DNA of 62,870 nt, filler included, from Asterionella formosa (taxonomy: Eukaryota): NCBI GenBank assembly GCA_002256025.1. It is 12 parts of 12 records of this genome, joined end to end, with 100 filler letters (N's around TTAATTAATTAA, not from the genome) between each part and the next. Parts side by side here need not be neighbours in the genome. Positions count along the whole stretch, not along the records: positions 17,468 to 34,827 come from NKIB01004483.1; positions 34,928 to 36,005 come from NKIB01004484.1; positions 36,106 to 37,183 come from NKIB01004485.1; 9 more parts are not named here. The stretch is one strand, 5' to 3'. Numbering within the stretch: the stretch's first letter is position 1; each line of letters begins with the position of its first letter. Shown one piece after another: positions 25,128-37,283 of this stretch. A model generated the notes under the pieces. It searched no databases and was not told where the DNA came from. It saw nothing but the letters and a program-made list of their open reading frames with translations. Made by a program: the position numbers and the translations under genes.

Positions 25128-25913
25128 TGTACATTGAGGGGTGCAAGACACCGGGTTTTAAGGTACATACTATGTATGTGCCAGTACTTGAATATGTGAC
25201 AGACAGCATACTGCTACCAGCAGTATGCAGACCCAACAAGGAATGCAATAAATTTATAGAGCACACATTAGTAGAAGTAGTAACCAATGTTAACTGCATT
25301 TCTCTGCGTCCGGCTGTCTATGCTTTCATCGTAATGTGTTCAGACCTTGTTAATATTTTGCTTACTAGTTTATCAGACCCTACGCTCCTTGCTTTGCCTT
25401 GCACCCATCATACTTGTGCGAAGTGAAACATCAGGATACAAAATGCATACCCTAACCCTATTATTCAGTACTAAGTACTGTACTGCAGGTTCCGGTCATT
25501 TTGCTGAAAATGATAATGTGACGCAGGACAGGCACTCATTTACATAGAAAACGTCATCAGTTCACTCTTCAAAAGTATATTATGTACAGACAAGGATGGA
25601 CGCAATGGAGTTATGCCAGGTGAGAGCACCAAACTATACAAACCAATTGACGCGAGTCGAAGGAGTCGAAGCTGAGATATTAATATAGCAACAATGCTGC
25701 TAGTAAGTTCTAGCTTTTAGAGTTGAATGGAACAACCAAGAGTCAGCAGCTAAGACAAGGGAAGAAGACAGCAACCACGCGAGGTCAAAACAAGTGAATT
25801 AGTGCAGGGTGAAGCGCACAATTCTTTGACTAATGAGTCAAAGAAGCAGTCTAAATCATCACCAAGCCTTTCGCAATTTATAGTCTAAATCAATAAACAA
25901 CATCTCTAGCAAC

Positions 25914-27790
25914 ATGATTCTCGCAAACACCTGGAAGAAATATTTTACGAGTACTCTCACTGCTTGGAACAATCTATTGACCGAGTTTCATCACTTTGCA
26001 ACCTCGCTTGATCACGCAACCAAGCCAGAAACTTGTCTAACCCTCCTCACTAACAATCTCTTCAAAATCCATGCAATGATAGGTCCTCTTGACCACAAGC
26101 TCACATCTGCCACAATCTTAGCGTCCTGACAGGCAGCAACTGGGGACAGTCAGTGACAGCCTATGTTGCCCTCCTCAGATTGGGATACATTACCCAACCA
26201 GTGGTTATCGAAGCCAAACAGGCCTCTGCAGCTATTACGACCACCATCTCCAACTACGACGCCTTATATGATCATGCCACCACTTCCGAACAACTCAGCA
26301 CCTTGCACCTCACTGCGATTACCGTTATGACCACCGAAATCAACCATCTTGTCCAAGTCCCTCCTTTCCTGTTTAATGTTCTCACCACCAGGTCTACCAA
26401 TGACCCCGCTGATTTCCTTCTCGACTAGTGGCCAAAACATTTGCGGAAAACCAGGCGATTATTAGCACTACCCAAGCCCACGACGATAAGGCAGCTATCT
26501 GCAATCAAGTCTACGCATCCGCAGAGTAATTTTTGTGTTTCCTCTACACCGTTAAGATGGTACCAAAAAAACTCCCTTCCCATCTCCTATGCGACGACAC
26601 ATGAAGTAATGGATTGGAGTGCCATGCTACACCGCATGCACATCACCTCATCCAAGATTTGACGGATGGCACGCAAATCACACCCACAAAAAATGACATC
26701 AGCCACTCTTGCGACGAAAGTATGGCGCAGGTAGCCGCAGCCCTAGTGAACGCCGCTTCGAACCTAGCTGCAAACACAGACAGGTTAGCTAGTGGAAGCC
26801 AGGTCCTCTAACACCAAATCTTCTTACCCAACCAAAGTAACTTCGCACATCAGCCTTTTCAAAATTCTATTGGGGAATCGAATGATAACATGGTGTCTTC
26901 TTCGGATATAGAGTTCATTTCTAAGGCCACCATTGATGTAGCAGGAGACAGTGACCGCTACAATCAGATCCAGAAATGTTTGAGCAACAAGAAACTGTTG
27001 ATTGTTGCGAAGACGGTTACAGATTTTGAAACAACCATACCATTCAGAACACTGTTGCAATTGTCCTCTTCGTCCTAGGAAATTGCACCATTGCTTCACT
27101 GCCAACCGATTGTTCACGTGACTAACCCACATTGAGGCAAAAAACCGCACCACCTATAGGCATTTCATTCGCAACATTTTTCACCAATGCAATTTGCGAT
27201 GTGAGGCCAACAACACCATGCAATTCGAACACATCAAGAAATTGACTAGGGCACACCTGGGTAGTCCCTGTAACGCATGCAGTAACGAAGCATTTAACAG
27301 TCTTCCGCAGTTCATCGCCACTAGTAGCGCCCATGATCGAGACAACTACGATTCCAGAACTTACCATCATTGAGTTGGGAAAGATTCGTTCATCCGATTT
27401 GTCAAAATTAGTACCCACATCACGCTCTAACTTCTGCAAATAAAACCATCATATTCTTATGATGCATCATAGGATTACGATCATCTGATCAAATTTTTTC
27501 GTCATATCATCTAATAATTTTGATAAATGCCCTCGTAATTTAAATAGTAACCCTTTTGACTTATAATACTTTACACACTCAACATGTTCTACAGTGGAGA
27601 CTTTATATTGAAGAATATCATCCTACTTTTCACTACGTGAAAGGGACTGACAATGATATTGCAGATTCCTTCTCTCGCCTCCCAAGGCTTGAGTCTTTGG
27701 TGGGGGATGATATTGGACCGAAATCTTCAGCATCAGCATCAACGTCAACATCCACTTCTACCTTTTCAATTGAATTAGATGATGAACTTT
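25914..27790 (+). mobile_element. Highly decayed Ty3/gypsy remnant (gag-like, integrase-like and RNase H fragments)
   Basis: [36 protein letters not shown] (27556-27690) is the gypsy RNase H C-terminus. An integrase-like APMIETTTIPELTIIE lies at ~27330. Assignment of the upstream fragments is tentative. Confidence 0.6.
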
Positions 27791-27839
27791 CAATATTCTC
27801 TGGATTTGAATTTAATACATGATAGATAATTGCTGGATA

Positions 27840-29270
27840 CGTCTGCAAATAAAAACTATCATGCATATAGGATCAAGTGTATTGTACGCCGCTAAGTGGC
27901 ACAGTATTTTTACATATATCGCAGTTTTTGGATCAAAAATATGATCAATGTATCATATAATTATGATCATGCAGTTAACTTTTACCAAGCTTGAAGTATC
28001 ATGATATCATCATACTTATAATGTCATTGCATCATATAATTAGTTAAACATGGTCCTATGATGTGCATACTTTTGTCATACATCTATCTTAACATGATCG
28101 TAATTCTCATCGAAATAACTGTTCAAAATAGAATAAAATGGTTCGAAATTTTATAACTATTTTTATAAATGGCTCTATGTTTCTATACCTTGAGTGGCAA
28201 AAGAATGTTATACAATTCTCTGATTGCAATGATTGGTGCTTTCACTTCTACTTTCCCTCCAATCCAATTCTGAATGTTGTTGTACTGGTTGCCTTGTTCC
28301 CCTGCTTTTCCTTTGGCCGGTTCTGAGTTCGCATTCATTTTCCCATAATTAGTCAATCTGCTTCGTTGTCTCAATCATTCTAACAAAGAGAAGCAATTCA
28401 TTTTTAGCTATTCATGTTTTGCTTACACAACAACATGCATTTCGCTTCCTTCTTCACTTAGTACCATAAATTTAAGTAACTGATGCATATTTCTGTAAAA
28501 TCATGTGTCAGTTGAACATTGAATAAGTATCGATCAATAAAAAGGCTCCAACGCTAATGTTTGTAACTTACAAATGAATGTAAAAATATGCAGCAACAGT
28601 TGTTTTTAAACGAATTTACGAAATCGATCGTTTAGAGCTACTCATCCTTTGCTTCTTTTTTATTTTTTACTTGCTAGAGTTATAGCTATAGACTATTTGT
28701 AGCTGCTCCGAAAAGGAGAAGGCCATTGCGGCACATCTCAATTTCGACTCACTACAGCGACATGCATTGAATCTTAAAATATGCGGCAACAGCTGTTTCT
28801 AAACGAATTTACGAATTCTATCGTTGACAGCTACTTATCCTTTGCTTCTTTTTCTATATTTTACTTGCTAGAGTTATCGCTGTAGAATATTTGTAGCCGC
28901 TCCGAAGAAGAGACAGCCATTGCGTCACATCTCAATTTCGACTCACTATAGCAACATGCATTGAATGTTAAAATATGCAGTGACAGCTGTTTCTAAACAA
29001 TTTAACGAAATCGATCGTTGACAGTTACTCATCCTTTGCTTTTTTCTAAGTTGTTCTTGCTAGAGTTATTGCTTTAGACTAGTTGTAGCTGCTCCAAAAA
29101 GGAGAAGGCCATTGCGCAACATCTCAATTTCGACTCACTACAATGACATGCAAGGCTCAACAATGCATTATTTTTAATCTGGCTAGCTATTGTAAGCTCT
29201 CCTATCAACAATGACTAAACAATGTGCTATGACGTGTCTACTACTACCTGTGCTGAATTCTACTGTGTGA
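27840..29270 (+). mobile_element. Copy of the CGTCTG-terminus element with a 193-bp array
   Basis: Same terminus and subterminal region as 12120, 19954 and 45985. Ends in the array shared with 8580-9110. Confidence 0.7.
28583..29150. repeat. Tandem array, 3 x ~193 bp
   Basis: GCCATTGCG..ACATCTCAATTTCGACTCACTA at 28722, 28916 and 29108. Confidence 0.9.
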
Positions 29271-29271
29271 A

Positions 29272-29469
29272 TCTTATTCTTGCATGTGTTGTTCTTTGCC
29301 AGTTCAGATCAAAGAAATATGTCGGAGTGGAAAAAATAAAAAGTGAATCGGAATTGGCATCTCTTTTGTTTATTATATTGTAAGGAGATTTTATAGTAAG
29401 CTTTAAAAATACTCGACTGTCTGGGTGGAGAATGGTGGGTTGCACTGGTGCGCGAAGCGCCCCACTTAG
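29272..29469 (+). mobile_element. Possible non-autonomous mini-Helitron
   Basis: A|TC start, a 3' GC hairpin GGTGCGC-GAA-GCGCCCC, then CTTAG|T. It starts where similarity to the 9.1 kb copy stops. Confidence 0.4.
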
Positions 29470-29576
29470 TACTAACAAGATCAGATAATTTCAGATGGGC
29501 AACGGGGTTGAGTACGACGGATGAGATACTGGGAGATTGTGCCCTGCCGAAGTTTTTTCACTTGGCTGATTACTAG

Positions 29577-32150
29577 TCAGGCCTGTCCAGCGCGGTAAAT
29601 AGCTAGCCATGACTCCATTAGAGAGGGGGTGTGCTTAATCCTTTGGATCAGGGGGATACCAAAGAGATGTCCTCTTTCATTTATAGGAATTGAGACCTGA
29701 TGCTGATAAGCTGAGGAGGTGATGGCGGTAACTAATGTCTGGATGTGTTTTGCTGAGGCTTCCTTAGCATTAGCTCCATATATGAAGGCATTGCGGTCTG
29801 TCCAAAGGGTAAAAGAATAGGAGCGGAGCAGATGAATAACTGAGCAGGACCATGTGGCAGCAATGCGGTCTTTATCGGGATACCGTTGACACATGTAACA
29901 CTGCATATGGCAGACAAACGAGGAGCGCTTCCCTGTGGTTAAGAGAGAGGAGAGAACTCGCCGACAGAGTGTCCAGCTGGTGGGGCCTGGGCGGACCTGA
30001 GTGGGCGAGAGCAGAGTGGATTTACGCAAACTTCGGTTGCCAAACCAAATTTCAGGTGTTATGGCCTTGCCGGAACTGTCGACTATATCAGATAGTAGAG
30101 TGAGCACCTGTAGATATATGCGGCATCTGTTGAAGCAAATGAGGTCTGCTGTGGAGAGGAAAGGGGTTTCAGCAAGAGCTGAGACTGTGGGCGTAAGGAA
30201 GGTATCATTGACCCGATGATCAAGTTGGATGATCCATGGATCACTGACTACTATTCTGCCCTGGACCGCTTGGAGAAAAGACCATGTTGATGGTTCGATG
30301 TATTTCGAGACTAGGGCATATGGATATGTCATGGGTGGTTGGGGGAAACCTGTGTGGAGTTGTAAGGTATCCATTGTAATCTGCAGGAGTTGGCCCACAT
30401 TGTCTGCTGCACAGAGATGTCCAAGAAGATATGATAGATAGGAGGTACCCTGGGAAACCCATAGTTCTGGGATCTGGAAACCACTATAATAAGAGGAGCC
30501 AAAGATTAGAGCTCTAGATGTTGTGCTGGCTATGCCCATTTTGAATAGAATTGTGCCAACATAAATAGTCTGCAATTATTTGCGTTGTTCTTGGGTGAAG
30601 GAGGAACCGCCAGTGGATAGGTTATTGCTGGGCTCCACATGGCGCAGAAGGCAGTGTATACCTCTGCACTAGTGAGAGGGGCTGTGGAAATATTCTGAGC
30701 CCATTGGCGGGCCTGATCAATGCAAAGAGTCAATTCCTTTGCAAAGGAGCCGTCAGGGGCTGCTCTAACAACCCCTAGGGAGCACTTGCCGGTGGAGCAT
30801 TCCTCTCGTGGAATAGGGTATGAAATCAATGAGCAACCTGATGTCATAAGAAGAGTGATATCTGGAGAGTCAGAGTTGGGACGGAGAGAGGGGCAGCCGT
30901 GGCCATCCCATGTCCAGTCCAACAAGTAAAAGAAACACTTTTGAAGCGCTAGAGCGCCACCACTCGCAAAAAGAAGGCGTTCCCAGTGTTGGGCGGCTGT
31001 CTGCATCGATGCAACTAAAGCAGGACCAGTAAGGGTGTCGGAAGTCCGCCATAAGTCGGTGTCATCGACAAAAGCTTCCCCGGCGAGTTTGGAGATGCGT
31101 ATTTGGCGAAGGCAATGTGCCGAAAAGCCTCAAGTTATTTTGGAGAGAGCGTTGAGGAGAACATGGCTGACGTACATCCAGATGCAGGGAGCTGCAACAC
31201 TGCCCTGGAGGACTCCAAGGATGAGTATTGTGGAGGTGGTTGTGAAGAAGTTGGAGGAAACACCATAGGCGGTGTGAACATAGAAGTTTATTGCTAGAAT
31301 GATAGCAAGCATGCATTTTGCGGCTGATTTTGGCATGCCAAGTCTTTCAGTGGCCATGAGGCCATGTGAAGGGATTATCCTATCGAAGCAAGCCTTGGCG
31401 TCATTATTGAAAATTACAGCTTTGGTTCTTTTAATTCTAATGTAGTCATAGGAGACTGTTTTTAGTATCAAGGCACTAAGACAGCTGGCTCCTGGGAGGT
31501 TTCCAAAGTTCCATTTGATGAGAGCATTGTGATCGAGTGCATGATGTACTAACCGGTGGCCCCAGAAGAGCCGGAATGCTAGATTCATGTCAGCTTCTAG
31601 GAGCTGAATGACACATAGGCGGGTTATGAGGGGGATTCTTTTGTCCTTTTCCAACATAATTTGGATCGTCTTTGTCCATCAGGAGGGGGCAAACCCAAGT
31701 TGGAAGGGAAGGGTGATCATAGAAGCAAGAATGGCTGAGATGGTACCATCTGTGGGAAGAACCTTGTAGTGAGTTAGGTGTTGACCAGAGGGACTGAAGG
31801 CTGTGTTTCCTGATAAGTTTTCCTGGGTGATTACTATGTTGGTTTGGTTGATCCCCATCAGGGATTCAGGGATCGCCATGGACTGGAGAAAAAGAGAGAC
31901 ATCAGAGAGGGGATCAATCTGTGTAGTGTCAAGCGCTCCTTGAAGAATTACAGTGGTGTTGTGATCGCTTTGGAAAGGAGGGAGGATGTCACTCAAGCGT
32001 CCGGCTGCTCCAGGGTTATCTGAAGCCTGACTGATGTGCTGGATACTCTGGTTGAGTATGGCTGAGCACAGTTCTGTCGGATTGGAGCAGGAGTGAGTTT
32101 GGGCAGAGGGGTTGCCATTGGGAGAAGGAATGGGAATATCTACTCTCATA
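29577..32150 (-). mobile_element. Non-LTR retrotransposon (LINE, Ambal-like) reverse transcriptase pseudogene
   Basis: LEKD..IPLITRL.VIQLLEADMN, NDAKACFDRI, GVLQGS, FVDD (~31072-31061), WERLLFASGGAL...KCFFYLLDW and NRCRIYLQVLTL. Multiple frameshifts. Confidence 0.9.
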
Positions 32151-32167
32151 AGAGGAGAGTGTACTAC

Positions 32168-32588
32168 TGTTAAAGTATTACCTTTTGTATAGATCTATAT
32201 CGTTAGACAAAGAAGACTATAGATAGAGACGTTCGTTTCTCTTTCCGTTTCTATATTCTTATTGTGAGTTTAATAATCTAGTTTAGGTTGTTCTGTTTGA
32301 ACAAAACAAACGAACTATTCTCCAAATGCTGTTTGCATTTCTAGGAACGAACAATCATAGATAGACCCATGTCTATCTCACACTTACTGATCATAGGTTT
32401 TTAACCATGATCATTCATTTCAAACTATCGGTCTTCCGAAATAGCTTATATTGTCCGGCTCATTATAGTCGGAGTAACAAGGTATAATGTGTGGTTGATG
32501 AGAGCTTGGTACATCAAAGTTGACTCATTCGAATCGGTTGACTCGTTTGACTCCGAGTCCTAACTACGTAGATGAGCTCACTTCAACA
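32168..32588 (-). mobile_element. 3' LTR of a Ty1/copia element (family A, 421 bp)
   Basis: The minus strand reads PPT AACAAGGAGAG, then TGTTGAAG ... CTTTAACA. Confidence 0.8.
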
Positions 32589-33717
32589 CTCTCCTTGTTC
32601 CAACAATCCATCATCCCGTTTTGGATCGCGTATCCGTGCATGTTCATAATCTTGTCCGTGACATTTTTAGTTAGAACATCTGCTGGATTCTTTTCCGTAT
32701 TGACGTAGTCAACCTTAATTGTTCCGTTTTCGACTTGTTCTCGTACATAGTGGTATCTTACGTCGATATGTTTTGTACGTGCCCCGACCTGATGATTTTT
32801 CGTTAAATAAATCGCACCGGTATTGTCCTCACCCATTAGACTAGGCATCATGATAGTGGTTATTTCGCCCAGTAGATTCGTTGCGAAGACAGTTTCCTTT
32901 GAGCCGTTACTGAGTGCGACATATTCACACTCGGTGCTTGATTGCGTTACGATATCCTGTCCTTTTGATATCCAGTGAATTAGGGCGCTGTTGAAATGAT
33001 CCGTACTCCTTCCCGCGGGTTGGGTCTCTCTTCACGTAGACTCTTACGTGATTGTAGTACTACCTAGTACCACTTACTTTCTCTCTTGTCTCTGCTTCTA
33101 GCCTTCCTGCTAGATAGACTAATTGACCTTGCTGTCAATTAACACACTGTTTCCTCGGTTGATAATCTAAAACTCAAATTAAATTATAAGCTAAACTAAA
33201 TGTTTCCTTTCCATGCATCTTTGCTTCCTGCAAAGTCATTCTAAGACTCTCTTCGAGTTTCCACTTAACATTTCCTTAGAAATCTTCAATCTCTGATCTC
33301 GTTAGACAGCTGATTGACGTGGCAATGCAATATTCGACTCGTTCGATTACAATCGAGTCCACAATCCTTGTGACTCGGGCTAATATTCTTGACAGGGCGC
33401 ACCCTCCAATCGTGCCTAAATAACCGCTGACACTTTTTCGTGTATCAGGATTAGAGGCGAAGGCGCTGTCCGCGACATCTTGAATGCGTAGCTCGTTGGG
33501 AGCACGTAGTTTCATTCTGCATGCAATGTCCCCATGTAGACACAAATACCTGAGTAGGCGTTCCAATGCTTGCCAGTGCGTTTCGCCTGGGTTGTCGAGG
33601 TGCTGTGACAGTTCACGACATGGCATACTGGCGATATTTTCTTCACGAAGTAAAGTATCTTTCCAACGAGGGAGCGATATTCCTTATTCTTGATCGTCTC
33701 TCCTCGGTTCTTACTTA
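32564..33717 (-). pseudogene. Ty1/copia RT C-terminus and RNase H, split by a solo LTR
   Basis: YRSLVGKILY, HWQALERLLRYL, ADSAFA...RKSVSGY, WISKGQDIVTQSSTECEYVAL and EDNTGAI...RTKHIDVRYHYVRE. Confidence 0.93.
32989..33394. mobile_element. Solo LTR (family B, 406 bp) with a 6-bp target-site duplication
   Basis: TGTTGAAA...CTTGACA, flanked on both sides by GGGCGC. Removing it restores the copia frame GGCALIHW. Confidence 0.85.
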
Positions 33718-34827
33718 GGGTCATTCTTATCATTTTTTTCGTGTATCACGGAATTTGAATTTTTTTGAAAATGTATCAGCAACGGTAACTCGATTTGAAC
33801 TGAATTTCATTCATTCCAAAAGTGTCACTGTATCACTAATTTGTGATCACATTGTATCATGGAGTAACATGAATCTTCAACGGCAACTGGCTGGCGAAGA
33901 TCATGTGTATATCCCTCCGGAATATAATGATGGTCTTGATATCAAGCAACAACAAAATATAATTACCGGGAAACTAAATATAATATTAAAAACACACATT
34001 TGCATGAATCATGTCGTCGCCATTTGATTTACTTGATGATAATGACGATGACAGTAGTGATCTTGATTTCTTCTTCCTCTGTCATTTAGCTAAGGAAGCA
34101 GAGGAAAAAGAACACTCATCCAAACGACAAAGGCGACGCTGTAAACGGCAGCTTCAGTCATCTGAACGACGACGACAACGAAGGCACAAGTGGCACCACG
34201 AAAGAATCTCCTGGCAATCACATGTCGAGAAACTCAATCACGAGATTGCTTTCGAGAAGACATACAGAATGTCACACAGAGCATTCAAAAAACTCACCTC
34301 CATGCTGGAAATTCAGATTGCAGGGAATTATTCCAAATGTGGCACTTCTGAGCCCATAATTCCCGAAATTGTGGTAGCCATTGGTTTGCGATGGCTGGCT
34401 GGTGGCAGTTACATCGACATTCGTCATGCCTACGGTTGTAGCATTGCTTCACTTTATCGATGTCGTGATTTGTTCATTGATGCTGTACTAAACTGTGGAG
34501 AACTCGAAATTGTTTTTCCAAAAGAAAAAGAAGAATTTATCAAATTGGCTTCCAGCTTTGAATGCAAAAGCTCAGAGGGCATGATGAGAGGATGTGTTGG
34601 TGCTATTGACGGCTTCCTAGCCACCATCAACCGCCCGACTATAGTTGAAAGTGGCAACAACCCTGGTTCATTTTTTTCCGGTCACTACATGACTTATGGA
34701 ATCAATGTCCAGGCTGTTTGTGATGCTGACTCAAGATTTATTTATTTTGGTGTAATTGCACCGGGAAAATGCAGTGACCAAGTAGCTTTTGAACGAACTT
34801 CCATTTTCGATCGAGTTGCAGCATTCA
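33718..34827 (+). mobile_element. PIF/Harbinger transposon inserted into the copia RT (truncated by contig end)
   Basis: Begins GGGTCATTC after TTA, exactly where the copia coding sequence stops. Confidence 0.75.
34011..34827 (+). CDS. PIF/Harbinger (DDE_Tnp_4, HARBI1-like) transposase, 3'-partial
   Basis: YRMSHRAF, LRWLAGGSY, GCVGAIDG, INVQAVCDADSRF and PGKCSD. The ORF is open up to the gap. Confidence 0.92.
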
Positions 34828-35374
34828 NNNNNNNNNNNNNNNNNNNNNNNNNNNNNNNNNNNNNNNNNNNNTTAATTAATTAANNNNNNNNNNNNNNNNN
34901 NNNNNNNNNNNNNNNNNNNNNNNNNNNGTTTGTTTCAACAAGCGAGACAAGAAAGAACTCTTGATATTGAGATTAATCGGCGCGGCGGAAACGGAATGAA
35001 AAGTCAAATGCAATTTTATTATGGAGCAATAATAAAAACAAAAACAAATGACACGAATGTTGGTACGGCCACTTTTCCTCATAACTATCAAGCTGGGAGA
35101 AGGAGAGAGAGAAATTCGCTGTTGCGCTCCTTTCTTATATCGATCGGGTTGCTGTTCTGGTCAAACCGACTTCACCTGGTACCGTAGCTTCTATCAATGA
35201 TATGGTACCTGGTAGAGCAAAAAGGCAAGGGGCGGCGGGAAACTCATTTCATGTCATCATATACCGGTATTAAATATTATAATTATTCCGGTACTCCTAC
35301 TCTCCTACATACTGGCATCCAAGTCGTACGGCGTGGTAAAATCCTGAAAATAAACGAGGTACGGAGTATTATCA

Positions 35375-35480
35375 GGTGGTACCTACCAGGGTACCAGGTA
35401 CCTGATACCTGGTACCAGGTACCTTAGTGTGGTGACCCCTAGCTTCGGTACCAGGTACCTGGTACCAGAACTGGTACCGC
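35375..35480. repeat. GGTACC / CCAGGTACCTGG palindrome cluster
   Basis: GGTACCTACCAGGGTACCAGGTACCTGATACCTGGTACCAGGTACC and further copies. Confidence 0.75.
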
Positions 35481-36105
35481 CAGTCCATATGACAGTATTT
35501 ACGATTTGTTGTGGCTATCGGTAGTCTAGTAACTGTTCGAAGCAGTCGAAACGGAAAGTAGATCACGAGTGGTCCCGCGCCAATTTTCAAATCGACCCCA
35601 CCCACCACTGTGCTCGTTCGAATTCCACATACCGGTATGTAAATTAGCAGCGAAATGATTTCTTCAGAAATTCTACGTATGTACCTAATACCACGTACCA
35701 GGTACCATCGATAGATGGATACCGGTATGATTAATCACTGTTCAATATACATATACCGGTATATGTACCCGAGTATATACATGATGCGCTGCCTTTGAAT
35801 GCTGATATTTAAAATTTACACCTGTGTCTTACGTTCCTGACGATACGGAGAGGTAAGCGTAATTTTTATGGCTCGACCAATTTCCGGTAATAAATCTGCC
35901 GGTATTCTATATTCGTATTGTCGTTCGTTCACTCGAACACCATCACCATGGCGACGGCAGCATCAAGTGCTGATCTAGCGATGATACAACAGGTGAGTGA
36001 ACGACNNNNNNNNNNNNNNNNNNNNNNNNNNNNNNNNNNNNNNNNNNNNTTAATTAATTAANNNNNNNNNNNNNNNNNNNNNNNNNNNNNNNNNNNNNNN
36101 NNNNN

Positions 36106-37183
36106 ACGGGAAAATGCCCCGATTGGCTTTTCTACGGCTTTCAGCCTAAGATTTATCCTCACCTGATTCAGTTTGGCAGGGTGGGGTGGGCCACGATTCG
36201 GACGCCAAGGCATAAACTAACCCCAAAAAGTGTCAAATGTGTCATGCTTGGATACAGCCATGACCACGCCGGTGATACCTACCGCATGTACAACGTTGCT
36301 ACGAAAAAGGTCTTCAACACAAGAGACCTTAAATGGGCTGACTGGCATGGAAATGCCAAACCGACAGCGGACATGGACGAATTCCCCACAGACGGATCCG
36401 GTATAGATGAGGAATTTGACACTCCTACTAAACCCTCCAACGCAATAGTACCTCCTGACGAACAAGGGGCTGATACGCAACTACCTACGAAACCGGACGA
36501 TCCCAGTACTCCCACGAGAGTGAGCTTTGCAGATTCCGTCGCAGGTGGTATGAGTACGAACGAGCATCGTACGAACAATGCTACGAAATCTACAAAGCTA
36601 GATCGAGAAATGAATAGGCTATCAACAGGCCTTGTGACCTCGCCTACACCTACTCGTGCAGGTACACGTCAGCAATCATCCGCAGCACGCACGCTTAATT
36701 TGGATGACGACACGAATGAAAACCTCCAAGAGCACGAACCTAACGAGGAAGCACATTCAACGAGCCTAGCTTCCGACCCACTGGAACCCAAGAGCTACAA
36801 GCAGGCACTACTAAGTAACGAAAAAGACGAATGGACCAAGGCAATCAAAGCTGAAATTGAAAACTTCTACTCCCGCAAAGTGTGGAAGCTACATCCTCGT
36901 AAGAATCTAAATGGACGAAAGCCACTTGGAGCAAAATGGGTATTTAAAAAGAAGAATGAGCACGACAACACTACGCGCTACAAGGGCCGCATCGTGGTAA
37001 AAGGCTACGTGCAGATACCAGGTGTCGACTTCACAGACTCATTCGCACCTGTTGTTACGGATACAGGCCTACGTATTTTGTTTGCGCTCACCCTACACAG
37101 AAAAGATTTTGTTTGTGAAATTGTGGACATCGAAGCGGCATTCCTCGAAGCCGACCTCGACGAAGAAATCTACATAGAATGGC
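36106..37183 (+). mobile_element. Ty1/copia pol fragment (post-integrase SH3-like region to RT N-terminus)
   Basis: KLTPKSVKCVMLGYS...YRMYN; EPKSYKQAL...WVFKKK...YKGRIVVKGYVQIPGVDFTDSFAPV...DIEAAFL. The frame is open across the whole contig. Confidence 0.95.
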
Positions 37184-37283
37184 NNNNNNNNNNNNNNNNN
37201 NNNNNNNNNNNNNNNNNNNNNNNNNNNTTAATTAATTAANNNNNNNNNNNNNNNNNNNNNNNNNNNNNNNNNNNNNNNNNNNN

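Noticed and set aside
25517..25913. Possible 5' LTR of the gypsy remnant (ends CTAGCAACA)
   Set aside because: No partner LTR, clear PBS or unambiguous start.
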